Source: Protoeuglena noctilucae (taxonomy: Eukaryota). From it: a stretch of DNA of 64,000 bases. Positions 60,834 to 64,000 of this stretch are shown here, in pieces. Within the stretch, counting starts at the first letter, position 1; each line of letters opens with the position of its first letter. The stretch is taken from positions 62,001-126,000 of the forward strand of contig OY253678.1 of the NCBI GenBank assembly GCA_958009085.1. The letters are read 5' to 3'. Made by a program: the position numbers and the translations under genes. The notes under the pieces were generated by a model. That model was not told the origin of the DNA. It did no database searches and saw nothing but the letters and a program-made list of their open reading frames with translations.

Positions 60834-61300
60834 GTTGCTCTGCGCGACGGGCAGGCCCGGAATGGCCCCTGACACCTCGATGTCGTCGAGCTGAAATCAA
60901 CGCGTGAGTCCAAAGCGGGATCCATTCACCACTCTGCCAGCAATTCCGGACTGGCGTTCTGGTGGTCTGACGTTCTCGCTGCTTGGGGCCGGGCGAGGTG
61001 AACCCCGGGCCCCCCGGACTTCCCCGCATAACCGCGCTGATGCCTCGAAACCTGCCGTGACAGCGGACCCGCGCAACTTTGGGCGTGGAGGTAGATTTCC
61101 ACGGCAGTGGCTTCCTGCGCGTTCGCTCGTTGCCGGCCCGGGGCATCGTCTTCTCGAAAGGCTGCTGAAAAATGAACGCGTCCTCGGTGTGTCCCGCGGG
61201 AGTCTGCTCCGCGCGGGCGCCGGGGCAGGCCCTGGTGAGGTTCACGCATCCATCTGGCCGCCCGGAGAGCGGCGTGGGGGTCCGCGAGCGCCCGCTCGGC

Positions 61301-62506
61301 ATGCGATCCGTCGTAACCGACTCGCGTTATTCGTTCGCGTCCCATCGCAGCGCGCGGCGCCGCCTGCGGGGTGCAGCTACCGCGTGCTCCCCGCGCGCAC
61401 CGGTGGACGGCACGCGGCGGCTCGTGCGGGCTCCGGGGGGAAGGACCAGGGCCCCGGGGACCTCGAGATTCTCGAAGTCGCAGTGCCCAAGGTGCCGTGG
61501 CTGCGATCGCCCTCGCGCGTGCCCCGGGCACGCCCGTGCGCATCGCGAACTACGCCCCCGCATCGCGCCGCCCCCGCAGGACCAGCGTCCCGTCAACCAG
61601 CTCAGCGAGCTCAAGTCCTCTCCGCTGTATAGCTGGGCCATCCTGCCGCAGTCCGAGTACCTCCGTCGCCTAGGCATCCTCTTCGGGGTCGTGTTCACGC
61701 TCCTCGGCGTGCCCGTCGCGTCCCAGACCTTCGATCCGATGTCGCAGCCCCTCGAATTCGTTCTGTCGGCATCCACAGGCGAGACGGCGAACGCGTCGGG
61801 CGCAGCGGCGCGCGCAGCGGGTGCTTTGTTGTCACTGCGACGTCTCAATTCGACCGCGCCGCTCCCCTCCCCGCATGCGCCTTCCTGGTCGTGTCGGTGG
61901 CCGTCATCCGCATCTATTTGGGATGGTCCTACATCGGCAATCGCCTTCTCTCCGCGGCTGTGGAGTACGAAGAGACAGGGTGGTACGACGGGCAGATCTT
62001 CGTCAAGCCGCCCGAGGTCCTCGCCAGGGACCGGTGAGTTCTTATTGCGTGGGTATGGATGTGAGAATGCAATTGCAACAGCTCAGCAACTTGCTTGCTG
62101 CACTTGCTGTGATTCAGCAACTGTCGAAGACTTATGACTCTTCACTCACTCCCGCTTCCCTCTCCCACCTCTTCTCAGCCTGCTGGGCTTGTACGAGGTC
62201 AAACCCATCCTGCAGCAACTCAAGTCGACACTGGTGGGCTCTGGCGCAGCTCTGGCGGTGGTGGCGGTGACACTTTCAGGTCTCATCGCAGCGGACGCCG
62301 ATGCGGACGGAATGGTGGGGCGGGGAGCAGCGAAGCGAAGTGCGGTGGCGGTGGGGGTGGAGCGTCGGCCGTTGTATGCAAGCGACTTGGTGGTGGGGTA
62401 TGGGATCGGGATGGATGGGGATGATGAGGTGGGGCCTGTTGTCGCTTCGTATGGGTATGACGTGTTTCACAAGGGCGGTGGTGGGGATGGGGATGAGACG
62501 GCGTGA
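61301..62506 (+). CDS. CGLD27/Ycf36 (DUF1230) plastid protein
   Basis: VPK|DQRPVNQLSELK..LYSWA, RIYLGWSYIGNRLLSAAVEYEETGWYDGQIFVKPPEVLARDRL. Confidence 0.88.
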
Positions 62507-62753
62507 GGGGTTGGTGGATAAATGGATGGGTGGGTAATCAATCAGTGCGGTGTGAAGCTGTCTCACCGTTTGTAATCGCTGTGGTGAGCTTGAAACGTGG
62601 TATTGATATCGAAGCGGGGGGTGACACGCAGAGATCGTGGCAAAAGCGTCGCATCTTCCATTCAATCTGCGCTCGTCAATCCAACTAAAGACGCGGACTC
62701 CACACGAACCCACGCCCACACCATAGCAGCCTGTATCAAAATAAGACAAGTCA

Positions 62754-64000
62754 CTATGCGCTCTCTTCCCCCTCCGCCGCCCCTCCCTTCTTCCCCCCAC
62801 CCTCCCCTCGCCCCTGCATCCCCCTACGCACGGCTGCCCTCAGCAGCACCTCGCCCTTCCCCTTTCCCTTCCCCCGGATACTCGACAGCCGCGCCGCACG
62901 CTCAATCACCCCGTTACTGCTCGTGGTGGTTGCCTCCACAATCCCCCGTCCCTCACCCCGCCCCTCGCTCTCACCATCCCCACTGCCACCCTCCACCATC
63001 GCCGCTCCATCCCCACCCACTCCATCACCCCCACTCTCATCAACACCCTCGCCCTCATTCCCCGCACTGCCACTCCCCCCCGCCGTCTGCGACTGCGGCG
63101 GTGACGGCTGTGGTGGCGGTGGCACCCCCGCCTTTTCCAGTTTCTCCCGCAGGATTCGAACCCGTCTCTCCCAGGGCACGTTCGCGTTCCACTCCCAGTA
63201 GGGCACAGAGACGACGGTCCACCCCAGGGCTCTCAGGAGGCGGTGCTTGAGGAGGGAGCGGCCCTGTAGAGAGGGGAGGGGTGAGTGGGGTGGTGAGCGG
63301 AGTGATGAGTGGGGAGTGGTGGTGAGTGAGTGGGCGAGTGGGGAGGTGAGACGTCAGATGGTGTGAAGTGGTGATTGCAGGGTGACGGGTGGGTGGAGAG
63401 TGTTAGGCTTATAAGCTACATTTCAACACCAACACCAACAACAGCCACATGTACCCCATCCCTCGCCTGCAGTTCCCGTCTGTTGCGGTAGAAGTGCAGC
63501 GGCCCGTCCACCTCAATCGCCACCATGCAATGCGGCATGGCGATGTCGATGGTGTACTCGCAGCTGTGCTCGAGTGTTGCGATCGATGGGGGGTATCCCA
63601 GCTGCCGGATGGCGCGGAGGACGTCCAATTGGAAGCGGGAGACTGGGGGGGGGGAGTTTGGGTGTGTAATGAGGCGGTGTGATGAAGGGGAGGGGTGGTG
63701 CATGTGGGCAGTGCACTTGAGAGCATGAGACTGGGGGGTTAAGGGGTGAGGTGCAAGGGTCAGGGAGACCAACTTAACCATCTCCTACCCTGTACCACTC
63801 CTATCACCACCCCCTCCACTCTTCCCTAACCACCCCACTCACCGCTCCTCATCTCGCACGTCTTGCCCACCTCCCAGCTCCTGGCCGCCCGGTCCTTCAT
63901 CCTCCCGTCCTCAAACATCGCAGCCATCGCCGATGAGAAGTCCTCGGGGGCACTCGGTTTCAAATGTGGGGCTTCTAATTTGGTCGCCAGATCTACCTGG
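62754..64000 (-). CDS. RAP-domain protein, 3' part only (organellar RNA-binding type)
   Basis: SRFQLDV...YTIDIA...VAIEVDGPLHF...GRSLLKHRLLRALGWTVVSVPYWEW. Confidence 0.85.

Noticed and set aside
60833..61301. Head-to-head CRTISO-like and CGLD27 genes as a functional cluster
   Set aside because: Short divergent spacing occurs elsewhere in this window too; no further evidence of a shared pathway.

Overview
GC-rich, intron-rich eukaryotic nuclear DNA, most likely a flagellated green alga (inferred from a tectonic gene, plastid-targeted rubredoxin, CGLD27/Ycf36 and a RAP-domain protein). About 19 spliced genes are present. Gene models were read by eye, so exon boundaries are approximate. The standout locus is 10.5-17.3 kb. 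A ~6.3 kb segment sits between the convergent COV1-like and rubredoxin genes, bracketed by a ~190 bp direct duplication of their shared 3' region. It encodes a predicted single-chain protein: MLKL-like four-helix bundle, Pelle/RLK-type kinase with catalytic motifs, C3HC4 RING, and 14 near-identical 126-nt WD40 repeats that vary mainly at a few positions. This resembles an NTPase-free innate-immune/cell-death receptor with a rapidly diversifying sensor. Other notable signals: a probable bicistronic TMEM230-CD2BP2 mRNA (stop and next ATG 6 nt apart after splicing, no intervening ATG), at least 12 duplicated splice-junction copies inside introns, at least 10 GC-AG introns, and G-rich 5'/C-rich 3' intron polarity.
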